From Antedon mediterranea (Eukaryota; Animalia; Echinodermata), in NCBI RefSeq assembly GCF_964355755.1, contig NC_092676.1, forward strand, positions 29,096,871 through 29,160,870: a DNA stretch of 64,000 bases, given 5' to 3'. This document shows, piece by piece, positions 23,559 through 34,933 of the stretch. The notes beneath the pieces were generated by a model that was given only the letters and a program-made list of their open reading frames with translations, was not told where the DNA came from and did no database searches. Position numbers and translations under genes: made by a program. Numbering within the stretch: position 1 is the stretch's first letter; every line of letters begins with the position of its first letter.

Positions 23559-24434
23559 TTAACTTTGTGTTTGTGATGTTTCTCTGCGGCAGATAATTTC
23601 TTTCGCCGCTTTCTTGAAATCGCTAAGTCGAAACCAGTAAATGATTGGGTTCGCGATCGAGTTAAGAGCCGTACATAAAAGACTAAGATAATATAGTAAG
23701 ACAGAAGATAAAGTTTGGTAATTGGAAATGATGAACGTAGCGATGCTGAATATGAATGTTAACCCACAGGCTAAATCAAATATGACCACTATAATGCAGA
23801 AAGTTTTAAACATTTTGTTAGCCTCATCACCCCCTCCGCCGATATGCGTCGATTCCGAAAGCATTCTTCTGTGTTTCTGTATGCTTACGTAAATGACTAT
23901 ATAAAGCACTGTATTGATGATCATATAGGTGAGATAAACGACGGACAAACAGATAGAACATTTGAATAACGTAATAGATGCTTGAGTCGTTACAACAAAG
24001 ATTACGGCGATTGTGCAAGTTTTCTTGGTGACGATAAGATGATATTTCATCGGCGCCCAAACGAGTGCAATATAACGGTCAATAGCGATACATGCAATAG
24101 AACAAATTGATATTAAAAGTAACGTAGTCATGAAATAGTAAATGTAAATGGTGTAACAGTTCAATAATAAACAGACATACGTCACAACGATAAACGCCGA
24201 ACTTGTAGCATCAGATACAGCTAACAAACTAATAAACACATTGCGCTTCTTACGAAGTTTTTTAGTATATATAATTAAAATTAAAACAAAAATATTTGAA
24301 AGAAATGAGGTTATGCAGATAGCGTAAAGTATTGGTAATGCATACTTAAAGAAAGGCTCAGTGTTAAGAATCAAACTTATTGGTCCTAAGTCTACAGCAT
24401 CTCGCTTTGCCCTCATTTTCAACTCATCTGCCAT
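23559..24434 (-). CDS. Intronless class A GPCR (type A), 291 aa
   Basis: LAVSD, IDRY, NPIIY; intact ORF. Confidence 0.9.
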   Translation of the reverse strand: MADELKMRAKRDAVDLGPISLILNTEPFFKYALPILYAICITSFLSNIFVLILIIYTKKLRKKRNVFISLLAVSDATSSAFIVVTYVCLLLNCYTIYIYYFMTTLLLISICSIACIAIDRYIALVWAPMKYHLIVTKKTCTIAVIFVVTTQASITLFKCSICLSVVYLTYMIINTVLYIVIYVSIQKHRRMLSESTHIGGGGDEANKMFKTFCIIVVIFDLACGLTFIFSIATFIISNYQTLSSVLLYYLSLLCTALNSIANPIIYWFRLSDFKKAAKEIICRRETSQTQS

Positions 24435-24995
24435 CCAGATTCCATAAATTAATATCTTGTGATGTCTTCCAAAAGTAAATTTACTATCTCGAAAACTTCA
24501 TTTTAAATTAGCGTTTGATTGATAACAATATACAACGGGGGTAGGTCACGTGTTTACATAATGTCCATTAGATGTATCGCGTTCGTATGTTTTTCATATG
24601 TGTTTGTATTGCACTGGTAATTATTGATAGAAAAATTATAATGAAGTGACACAGTGAAACGAACTAGTTTCTTCATTCCAATTTTGTATACATTGTGATT
24701 TAACTTATTACCTAATTTAAAAATTCTTTTTTTAAATATAAACGTTAACGTTACAGCTAGTAGGCTACTCCTTTTTCATGACAAGGCATCGTGTGTAGGA
24801 CGCGCGCGCAATAATTATTGACAAGTCTATATTATTTTCGCGCGCGCATTAATTATTGACAAGTCTATACCTTCCCCCTCTCTTAATTATGTGTAACAGG
24901 CTTATCCTGGTAGCTCCTTGATTATGATCATTCTTCTTTAAAAAAAATTTAAACTAGGTTTAAATTTGATCAAACCTTATTATATGCACCCGTCT

Positions 24996-25808
24996 TTAGC
25001 CAACTTGAATACAAGCAAGTTCTTTTGCTGCGTTTCTAAATTGAGTAAGTCGAAACCAGTAGATGATTGGGTTTACAAGAACATTAACAGTCATCAAACA
25101 TACAACGATGTAAAATAAAAATTCAGTCGTTGCATCATTTATATAAACGAAAAAAATGATGCTGTGAATTAAAACTGTTAGTCCGTTTGTTACATCAAAA
25201 CAGACGACTATTTACGCAAAATGTAACCACCATTTTTTTGCCCTTTTAAAGTTTTTTTGTGGATAAAACACAATCCTTGTTGTTACAAATAGTTTTATAG
25301 GTTGTAATATACAGCGTTGTATTGATAATCATGTAGACCATTGCGGGCATAGCCATTATGAAATATACATCCCTGGCTAAAGCGATGAAGACGGCTTTGG
25401 ATACTACTGTATAACAGTGATTACAGCGATTGTGCAAGTTTTCTTGGTTACAATGAGATGATATTTCATCGGCGCCCAAACGAGTGCAATATAACGGTCA
25501 ATAGCGATACATGCTATTGAACATGCTGATATTAATAAACATACGTTTAGGATATAGAATACAAAATAACGATAATATAAATTTGGTGGCAGTGTGACAA
25601 CCAGTATGCCAAAAACTGAACTTGACGCATCGGCAAAAGCTAATAATAAACTTACAAAGACGTTCTGTACCCTTCGAAGCTTTTTGGTCGCAAGATTAAA
25701 AACAACACGAAACTGTTAGCGAGAACTGAAAACACACACATCACGTTGAGCAATACAACAATGAATCCATTGAAAAGTTAGATTTAAACTAGTTTTGCTT
25801 TCTTCCAT
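24996..25808 (-). pseudogene. Frameshifted class A GPCR (type B, copy B3)
   Basis: Aligns by eye to 27346-28182 and 29622-30458 from ATG (25808) to ...CIQVG stop, with several indels. Confidence 0.85.
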
Positions 25809-26248
25809 TTTCAAAATTTCGAAATTCTTAGAAAAAAAAAACCACTTTTAAACTACTAATTGGTTTCTTTCATTTGTTGATCAATTTTGAAATTCTTTGG
25901 GGTTTGAAGAACATTAAAAACGTATACGTCATGAGGCACTGGTCAAGCTGCATCTGAGCATGCCCAGATCAGAATAATCAGTATGCATAAAATCAATATT
26001 TTGTGCAATCATGGTGATTATAATTTGACACCTAGCAATCACATCTGTTTTTAATTTGTTGTGTCGAAGTATACTCTGCATATTGATATTGCTCTGTAAT
26101 ATTGATGAATATGTGACACATGGATTGTTTATTCTAATTTTGCATACATCACCCAACTTGGAAATATATTTTTTGATAACAACTTAACAAAACAGTAATT
26201 AAGGATGCTCCGCCCACGTCACGTGACGTATGATGAAGCACGCATTAA

Positions 26249-26986
26249 AGCCTGTTTTCCTGTCGATATCGTTAAGTTGCGTTGAGTTGCGTAAAGTTGC
26301 ATTGAAAATGGCCAGATTCAACGATTTTACAGGAAAAGGGGTAAAAAATCAACGTTACAAATCGTTAAAATCTGAAATCGGAGTTGAAACCAGTTAGTTC
26401 AACTTTAACGTTACGATCGTTAAAACTGACCAATCAAATGGTCCACAAATTACGTCATTGCATTTTGTGAAAAAATAGGTACACGCTGACAATTCTTAAA
26501 TTTTTACAACGCGACGATGTTTTTCACCTTTTTTGTACACTTTAAAGGTCTGATATTTAAAAAAAAACAAGTGTAAGTCAAATTAAATTATAATATTAAA
26601 CCAATTAAATTTAATGTTTGTCTTTGTGTAAGGCTAGATTAAGATATCAACGAAATCATGTCTAAAGGGTCTTTCACACCTGTTCCGGCACGGTTCCGGT
26701 CCGGCGAATCGAACATCAATGTTTCGTTTTCACGCGGCTATGCGCCAATCGATATGTGCGTAGCCGCGTGAAAACGAAACATTGGCGTTCGATTGGATTT
26801 TCCGGCGCCACTTCACGCCCGCGTGTCCCAGCAACGCTCGAAAGAATTAGAACCAAGAAACTATAAACGATCGCGTAAAAATGTGTAAATATTAGCGGTC
26901 CGGCTCGATCATCGACACCGCTATTTTATTTTCAACTTTAACGATTTTAAACTCAACGCAACTTAACGTCGACAGGAATACAGGCT
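26249..26986. mobile_element. Non-autonomous TIR element flanked by TAA, containing a fragment of a second MITE
   Basis: AGCCTGTTTTCCTGTCGA...TCGACAGGAATACAGGCT ends. The internal 26665-26810 segment resembles the element at ~53240-53360. Confidence 0.75.
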
Positions 26987-27345
26987 TAATTGACATAATT
27001 CAATCTTCCTTGAAAAAAAAAACAACAATCTTGTTTCTTTCTGATCTTCTAAAGCTTGGTTTCCATGACAATATAGGACGCAACGCAATGACGTAGGCCT
27101 ACTACGCGCAAAGTAGTAACTTGATCGTCAATATTCGAACTGCGCCCAGCGGTCAACTAGTTGCCTTCCTTGCGTCAAGTGCTAGTAGGAACCACGGTTT
27201 AAACCGTTCCCTCGACTGCATTTTTTTTTAGTTTTATAATATGATCATCTTTAATTCTTTCCACAATTTAAACTGATCGGTGATTAAATTCGACTTTATA
27301 GTAATGGTAGCTACGGTACTACTCGTACGCGTAGTACGTTAATGA

Positions 27346-28182
27346 TTAGCCAACTTGAATACAAGCCATTTCCTTCGCTGCTTTTCTAAATTCAGTAAGT
27401 CGAAACCAGTAGATGATTGGGTTTACAAGAGCATTAACAGACATCAAACAGAAAGAAATATAATATAATAAAAAATGAGTTGTTGCATCATCTGTAGAAG
27501 CTACAAATATCAGGCCTACACTGTGAATTAAAACTGTTAGTCCGTTTGTTATATCAAACACTAGGACTATTACGCAAAATGTAATCAACATTTTTTTTCC
27601 CTTTTTAAGTTTTTGTGTGGATAAAACACAATCCTTGTTGTTACAAATGGTCTTATAGATTGTAATATACAGCGTTGTATTGAGAATCATGTAGACCATT
27701 GTGGACATAGCCAATATAAAAGTTGAACCCTCCGCTAAGGCGATGAACACGGCTTTGAATATTATAACAGTTATTACAGCGATTGTGCAGGTTTTCTTGG
27801 TGACGATAAGATGATATTTCATCGGCGCCCAAACGAGTGCAATATAACGGTCAATAGCGATACAAGCTATTGAACAATGTGATAACACTAAACATACGTT
27901 TAGCATATACACTACAAAGAGATTGAATGACAGTGTGTAAACCAGTATAATAAACAATGAACTTGATGCATCGGCAAAAGCCAATAAACTTACAAAGACG
28001 TTCTGCACTCTTCGAAGCTTTTTGGTCGCTAAGATTAAAAACAACACGAAACTGTTGGCGAGAATTGAAAACACACACATCACGTTGATCAGTACCAAGT
28101 ATACAATGAATCCATTGATAATGCCAACACCATTATCCAGATCTTGTGAAGTTAGATTTAAACTAGTTTTACTTTCTTCCAT
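27346..28182 (-). CDS. Intronless class A GPCR (type B, copy B2), 278 aa
   Basis: LAFAD, IDRY, NPIIY; near-duplicate of 29622-30458. Confidence 0.9.
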   Translation of the reverse strand: MEESKTSLNLTSQDLDNGVGIINGFIVYLVLINVMCVFSILANSFVLFLILATKKLRRVQNVFVSLLAFADASSSLFIILVYTLSFNLFVVYMLNVCLVLSHCSIACIAIDRYIALVWAPMKYHLIVTKKTCTIAVITVIIFKAVFIALAEGSTFILAMSTMVYMILNTTLYITIYKTICNNKDCVLSTQKLKKGKKMLITFCVIVLVFDITNGLTVLIHSVGLIFVASTDDATTHFLLYYISFCLMSVNALVNPIIYWFRLTEFRKAAKEMACIQVG

Positions 28183-28542
28183 TTTTTCAAATTTCTATAT
28201 TCTTTGAGTTTCGAACAAAAAAAAAACACTTTTAAACTATGCTTTGGTTTCTTCCATATGTCGATAAATTTCGAAATTCTTTGACTGTCGAACAAAAAAA
28301 AAACACTTTCTGTGTTATACGTCATGATTCAAGCTGCATTTGAGCATGCCCAGATCAGAATCATCCTTATGCATAAAATCAATATTTTGTACAATCATGG
28401 TGATTATAATTTGACATCTATCAATAACATCACAAATTGAATTTGTAGTGCTGCATATTGTTCTGTTTGACACATGGTTTGTTTAGGAATAAAGAAAGGA
28501 GAGAAAACAGTATCTAGGCCTGAATGTGTCAAACACTGTGGT

Positions 28543-29405
28543 CATTTACATTGAATTGAAATTATTTCTTTCGCAGCTTGTCAAAGTTAGAAAGCCGAAA
28601 CCAGTAAATGATCGGGTTTGCAAGAGAGTTATTCGCTAACAGATAGTGTAATACACAAATCACAACAAGTGTTTCCTTGATTGGTTCAATAGCAAACTCA
28701 TCATTCATGTTGACGATATTATACAAACACATTGGTCCACACGTTACACTTGACACACCGACAATTATACAAAACGTTGCTATCATCTTCCAAGATGCGT
28801 CTGCACGGTGAGTTGTTGACATTGGAATATTTCTTCTGTGTTTTTGAATGCTTTTGTAAATCACAAAATAAACAGCTGCGTTAACTGTGAGATACACTGA
28901 CGTCGTGACTGTACTGATTTGACCAACAACAATAATAACAGCAATTTGGCTTATAATGATAATTATCACAGCAATGTGGCGCGGCAAGTTTTCTTTGTGA
29001 CATTAAGATATTCATCGGCGCCCAAACGAGTGCAATATAACGAACAATAGTGATACATGCAATAGAACAAATTGATATTAAAAGTAACGTAGTCATGAAA
29101 TAGTAAATGTAAATGGTGTACCAGTTCAATAATAAACAGACATACGGTACGTTACCAACGATAAAAGCTGAACTTTTAGCATCAGATACAGCCAACAAAC
29201 TAATAAAAACATTGCGCTTCTTACGAAGTTTTTTAGTAGATATAATTAAAATTAAAACAAAAATATTTGAAAGAAATGAGGTTATGCAGAAAGCGTAAAA
29301 TATTGGTAATGCATACTTAAAGAAAGGCTCAGTGTTAAGAATTAGACTTATTGGTCCTACGTCTAGAACATCTCGCTTTGCCCACATTTTCCACTCATCT
29401 GCAAT
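28543..29405 (-). pseudogene. Chimeric GPCR pseudogene (5' half type A, 3' half type C)
   Basis: TM1-3 match 23559-24434 and TM4-7 match 30816-31673. There are indels at the junction (~28975-29015), DRY is changed to VRY, the ancestral ATG is lost, and there is a 3' frameshift. Confidence 0.9.
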
Positions 29406-29621
29406 CCAGATTTCATAAATTAATATATCTTTGAGCGCGCATTAATTATTGACAAGTCTATATCTTCGCGTGCGAATTAATTATTGAAAAGTCTATACCT
29501 TCCTTCTTTCTTAATTATGTGTAACAGGCTTATCCTGGTAGTTCCTTGATTATGATCATTCTTCTTTTCACAAATTTAAACTGGGTTTGATTTGATCAAA
29601 CTTTATTATATACACCCGTCT

Positions 29622-30458
29622 TTAGCCAACTTGAATACAAGCCATTTCCTTCGCTGCTTTTCTAAATTCAGTAAGTCGAAACCAGTAGATGATTGGGTTT
29701 ACAAGAGCATTAACAGACATCAAACAGAAAGAAATATAATATAATAAAAAATGAGTTGTTGCATCATCTGTAGAAGCTACAAATATCAGACCTACACTGT
29801 GAATTAAAAGTGTTAGTCCGTTTGTTATATCAAACACAAGAACTATTACGCAAAATGTAATCAACATTTTTTTTCCCCTTTTAAGTTTTTGTGTGGATAA
29901 AACACAACCCTTGTTGTTACAAATGGTCTTATATATTGTAATATACAGCGTTGTATTGAGAATCATGTAGATTATTGCGGGCATAGCCAATATGAAATAT
30001 ACATCCCTGGCTAAAGCGATGAAGGCGGTTTTAAAAACTACAACAGTGATTACAGCGATTGTGCAAGTTTTCTTGGTGACAATGAGATGATATTTCATCG
30101 GCGCCCAAACGAGTGCAATATAACGGTCAATAGCGATACATGCAATAGAACAATGTGATAACGCTAAACATACGTGTAGTATATACATTACAAAGAGATT
30201 GAATGGCAGTGTGTAAACCAGTATAATAAACAATGAAATTGATGCATCGGCAAAAGCCAATAAACTTACAAAGACGTTCTGCACTCTTCGAAGCTTTTTG
30301 GTCGCTAAGATTAAAAACAACACGAAACTGTTGGCGAGAATTGAAAACACACACATCACGTTGATCAGTACCAAGTATACAATGAATCCATTGATAATGT
30401 CAACACCATTATCCAGATCTTGTGAAGTTAGATTTAAACTAGTTTTACTTTCTTCCAT
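29622..30458 (-). CDS. Intronless class A GPCR (type B, copy B1), 278 aa
   Basis: LAFAD, IDRY, NPIIY; intact ORF. Confidence 0.9.
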   Translation of the reverse strand: MEESKTSLNLTSQDLDNGVDIINGFIVYLVLINVMCVFSILANSFVLFLILATKKLRRVQNVFVSLLAFADASISLFIILVYTLPFNLFVMYILHVCLALSHCSIACIAIDRYIALVWAPMKYHLIVTKKTCTIAVITVVVFKTAFIALARDVYFILAMPAIIYMILNTTLYITIYKTICNNKGCVLSTQKLKRGKKMLITFCVIVLVFDITNGLTLLIHSVGLIFVASTDDATTHFLLYYISFCLMSVNALVNPIIYWFRLTEFRKAAKEMACIQVG

Positions 30459-30815
30459 TTTTTCAAATTTCTATATTCTTTGAGTTTCGAACAAAAAGAA
30501 AACACTTTTAAACTATGCTTTGGTTTCTTCCATATGTCGATAAATTTTGAAATTCTTTGGCTTTCGAACAAAAAAAACACTTTCTGTGTTATACGTCACG
30601 ATTCAAGCTGCATTTGAGCATGCCCAGATCAGAATCATCCTTATGCATAAAATCAATATTTTGTACAATCATGGTGATTATAATTTGACATCTATCAATA
30701 ACATCACAAATTTAATTTGTAGTGCTGCATATTGTTCTGTGTGACACATGGTTTGTTTAGGAATATAGAAAGGAGAGAAAACAGTATCTAGGCCTGAATG
30801 TGTCAAACATTGTGG

Positions 30816-31673
30816 TCATTTACATTGAATTGAAATTATTTCTTTCGCAGCTTGTCTAAAGTTAGAAAGCCGAAACCAGTAAATGATCGGGTTTGCAAAA
30901 GAGTTAATCGCTAACAGATAGTGTAATACACAAATCACAACAAGTGTTTCCTTGATTGGTTCAATAGTAAACTCATCATTCATGTTGACGATATTATACA
31001 AACACATTGGTCCACATGTTACACTTGACACACCCACAATTATACAAAACGTTGCTATCATCTTCCGAGATGCGTCTGCACGGTGAGTTGTTGACATTGG
31101 AATATTTCTTCTGTGTTTTTTAATGCTTTTGTAAATCACAAAATAAACAGCTGCGTTAACCGTGAGATACACTGATGTGACGGTACTGATGCATATTGGA
31201 CAAAAACCAACAACAAAAATAACAGCAATTTGGCTTATAATGATAATTATCACAGCAATGAGGCAAGTTTTCTTGGTGACAATAAGATGATATTTCATCG
31301 GCGCCCAAACGAGTGCAATATAACGGTCAATAGCGACACACGTGATTGACAAAATAGATATCATCATTACAACATTCATGAAAGGCCATATTATAAAATA
31401 TAATTCTTCAAGTTTAAGCAACAAGAACATGTAAGAGAGTAGAATAAGAAAAGAACCGGTAGCATCAGCAAAAGCAAGTAAACTTATAAAAACATTCTGC
31501 ATTTTACGAAGTCTATTAGAAGCTATAATCAAAACCAAGACTAATCCATTTGATAAAACTGCAAAGGTACAAAGTGTATAGAGGATGGGTAATACGTAAA
31601 CGAAGAACCGATCCGTTTTGACAAGTTCACAGGCTTGATCTATCCACACACTTAAATTATGATTACTGATCAT
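30816..31673 (-). CDS. Intronless class A GPCR (type C), 285 aa
   Basis: LAFAD, IDRY, NPIIY; intact ORF. Confidence 0.9.
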   Translation of the reverse strand: MISNHNLSVWIDQACELVKTDRFFVYVLPILYTLCTFAVLSNGLVLVLIIASNRLRKMQNVFISLLAFADATGSFLILLSYMFLLLKLEELYFIIWPFMNVVMMISILSITCVAIDRYIALVWAPMKYHLIVTKKTCLIAVIIIIISQIAVIFVVGFCPICISTVTSVYLTVNAAVYFVIYKSIKKHRRNIPMSTTHRADASRKMIATFCIIVGVSSVTCGPMCLYNIVNMNDEFTIEPIKETLVVICVLHYLLAINSFANPIIYWFRLSNFRQAAKEIISIQCK

Positions 31674-31980
31674 ACTTACTTTAGGTAGGCTACCAAAGTT
31701 TTACAGCTAAAGCACGGCCGATGACTGCTATGTATACTAATACACGTTCACATTTCATGAAGACAATGGATACTGACATAGGCTACTAATTAAGCGTCAA
31801 TCAAATAAGTTATTAACCCAGTCGTTCTAATAGCGCATGTCAAATCTTCACGTTATTTCACCAAGTTCAATTAAAAAAAAAATAAAAATGATGATGAAGA
31901 GTTATTATTTATGCAAACATTACCAATGTTTCTGCTGTAAATACTATTATATAGCCCAAAGCTCTGTCTAAACTATAAAA

Positions 31981-32755
31981 AACAAGGCCAACAGCCATTA
32001 AGTCGAGTGCTACAATGCATAGTGATACCGGACCGACAGACAGACAGACCGACAGACAGACCGACAGACAGACAGACAGACCGACCGACCGACATAGTGA
32101 ATTATACTGACCGAAATTACTGAACATGTTTAAAAATGTTGAAATGTTTAAAAACATTTATATTTTTTTAATTTACACGTGCGTAGCCTGTCACTTTTGA
32201 CGTGCTCGTATAACGTAATTTAGAGTTGAAAAGTAAGTCAAGAAAACAGAAATCGGGCAAAAAGAGTGCGCAACAACATTTAACGCGCAGTGCGCGCGCA
32301 AAAATATGCGCACTCATGGCAATTTTGTAAACGCTTAAAATTTCCTGAAACGTACTCTTATTTCATCGAAAATAAATTTTGAAAATTTTAAGCGCGCGTA
32401 CGCATGCGTTACATGCGCTACGCACGTAATTGTATTGCCATATGATGATTTATGCCCTGAAATTTATGAGTACCAAATTTTATTTAATTGTGATTCATGG
32501 TTGTGAAGATATGATTACAAACGTGATTTCGTTAAATCGTGCGTAGACCACGTAATTTTTTATTGCGCACCGTGAAAACATAACCACATCGATTCCTGGC
32601 CATAAGGAATATACTGTGAAAAATTGACCTAGCTAGATTAAACTGATATCAAGATAAGGTCAGAAAGCGATAAAACGCATAGTGATACCGGACCGACAGA
32701 CCGACAGACCGACCGACCGACATAGTGAACTATAGAGTCACTTCCACGCGACTAA
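31981..32755 (+). mobile_element. Helentron-associated/DINE-1-like non-autonomous element nested in a family-A MITE
   Basis: Begins AACAAG, has (GACA/GACC)n microsatellites at 32031-32093 and 32691-32721, and ends in a stem-loop-like AGAGTCACTTCCACGCGACTAA. It is inserted in an A-run that splits the MITE at 31960-32885. Confidence 0.65.
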
Positions 32756-33356
32756 GAAACGTGTGATGTGCCCAAATATGGTAGTGATATTCCCTAATAT
32801 GATTATATGACATCATCATGTCCATTATTATATGGGCACATCACATTTTTCTGTCACATACAGTTTGAACTTGTAGACAGAGTTTTATACAGCCGTATAT
32901 TAATATTTCGTTTAAATGATTAAGCTATTATCATGCACGAAATCCTGCTGTGCTGTGTGTTGGAAAACTTGTTGAAAGATATTTAAAATATGATAAAACG
33001 GTCACAAACTCAGGTAACAGGTAATTATTGGAGAAGTCCTCTGCGTGTCCACGGGTGTGCATTTTTGACACTAGATGGTGAGCCCACTTCGCTCGCTCCC
33101 CCTCTAGGAAGAAGAAGATGGTTCTTGGAATGCTAATACCTCGGGTAAAAATGTTTTAGAAGGACGTTCTCCTTTTGTACGTTTTCTTTCGGTTACCATT
33201 ATTAAAAATGGTTGACATTCGTAAAACTAAACCTACTGTTTCACAGTGTCTTAGATGATTAATAACATTTTAAAGTAGTGTTATTGTTTAGTAGGGCGGA
33301 GGTGTACAGGCGGAGTTCATTTGAGGGAGGTGCTTATTCGAGGGATATGCCTTTAA

Positions 33357-33712
33357 TTTATTTATTTTATTTATTTTATGTCTTTAGGCAATGTGGCCAA
33401 GGATTACCAATAGTGAATTAATCACTGTCCTATCAGATAGGTGGTAATCCCCCTGATACAGGGGCTATTGTGTGAACCAGTTCACCGGGGTAACCCCCTA
33501 CTATTTTTCGAATAATGAACTGGGTTTCTTTAAAGTACACACAGGTTATAACTGTGTACACTGGACCTACGGTTTATAGTCCTTTTCCGAGAAGACTTGT
33601 TCCACCACCAGAACTAGGAGCGAGTCGGCCTCGAACCCTTGCCGATGTTGTTGTTGGCTCTTTAGGTACGGTAAACAGCGCCCCTGCCTTAACCGCTCGG
33701 CCATATGACTCA
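33357..33712 (-). mobile_element. tRNA-derived SINE with Deu-domain-like core
   Basis: On - strand: box A TGGCCGAGCGG, box B GGTTCGAGGCC, then CTTCTCGGAAAAGGACTATAAACCGTAGGTCC...TTAAAGAAACCC...AGTAGGGGGTTACCCCGGTG resembling the DeuSINE core, and an (AAAAT)n tail. Confidence 0.75.
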
Positions 33713-34933
33713 CTCATGTTTTAGCTTTAATAAAATGGTAACATTTATAATAAAATAAAATCCTCTAATGGATTTGAAGAGTGGTAAAAAAGAATAACAA
33801 ATGCTTGATAAATTGTAGATAAAATTGCGATGAATTCTACTACAAATAGTGTAATTGTGTTATTATAAATATAATACAATACTGTGTGTGTATAAATGTT
33901 TAAATCATTATTCAAAGTGATGTTTTATCGGGGAGGCGTTTATTCAAATAAATACCATCCTAATAATTAATAGATTATTTAATTTAAACATCTTTTGAAA
34001 CTATAACTTCCGTTTTAGACGGCTTGCAACATGGGCAGACATCCCGGTCCTAACAGGACTCAGATAGCTGCCTACAGTTATTCCGATCCTGCCAGCTTAC
34101 TCAATAAAACCAACTCGGCTATCGAGATTTCATTCGATTTTAAACAAAATGTCTTATCATCACATCTCCCTATGTAAATTTATAATACTAACCCCACAAT
34201 ATATTCCGATGCTTTATGGCGTATATCATCGGGTTTTTTTTAAACTACTGTATCTTTACACGCGCGGTCCGATCCGAAAATAAACAAAAAACTAACTTAG
34301 TTGCTTATGGTTATCCTTGGCAATTTGCCTAAATATAGAAAAAAAAAAAAAAAAAAAAAAAAACCAGATAGTTACAAGGTGAACCTGTGAACTCATCGTG
34401 AACCCGGAAATTACTTTGATCGCGTACAATTGAAATTGAGTTGAAAATCTACCGATGAAATCAGAAATTTTGTTTTAAAACTCTTTATAATATCTTCATA
34501 AGATAGAAATATGGAACAATATCGTAATAGTGAAAAATAATGTTATAAAATTTACATTTCGCGGTTCATCTGAGATAGATCAGGTAGGTATCATAGGCAG
34601 AGATTTTTCCCGAAGTTTTTCCATTGTCCCCGCCTATGTCAGAATTAACCATAAAATTATAGATGACAAATTTGCTAGTGCGCCACCAACATAATGATTG
34701 AAATTGCAGAAGTAGCAGACTACATTTAGCAGACAGCAAAAATAATATTAATTTTACTTTGCTAATTTTAGTTATTACTTCATAATGTCTATATATAATA
34801 TACTTTAAAAAATATATTTTTTAACTCATAAAATAAATAAAATACAAAACTTACAAAATTAAATAAGACATTAATCTAGGCCTACGCCTAGAGAAACAAA
34901 TTCTGCCTAAGCCTACTAACGTCAGAGCGAAAT

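Noticed and set aside
34338-34363. Poly(A) run as a retrocopy tail (also poly(C) at ~60420)
   Set aside because: There is no recognisable upstream processed gene or TSD; treated as simple homopolymers.
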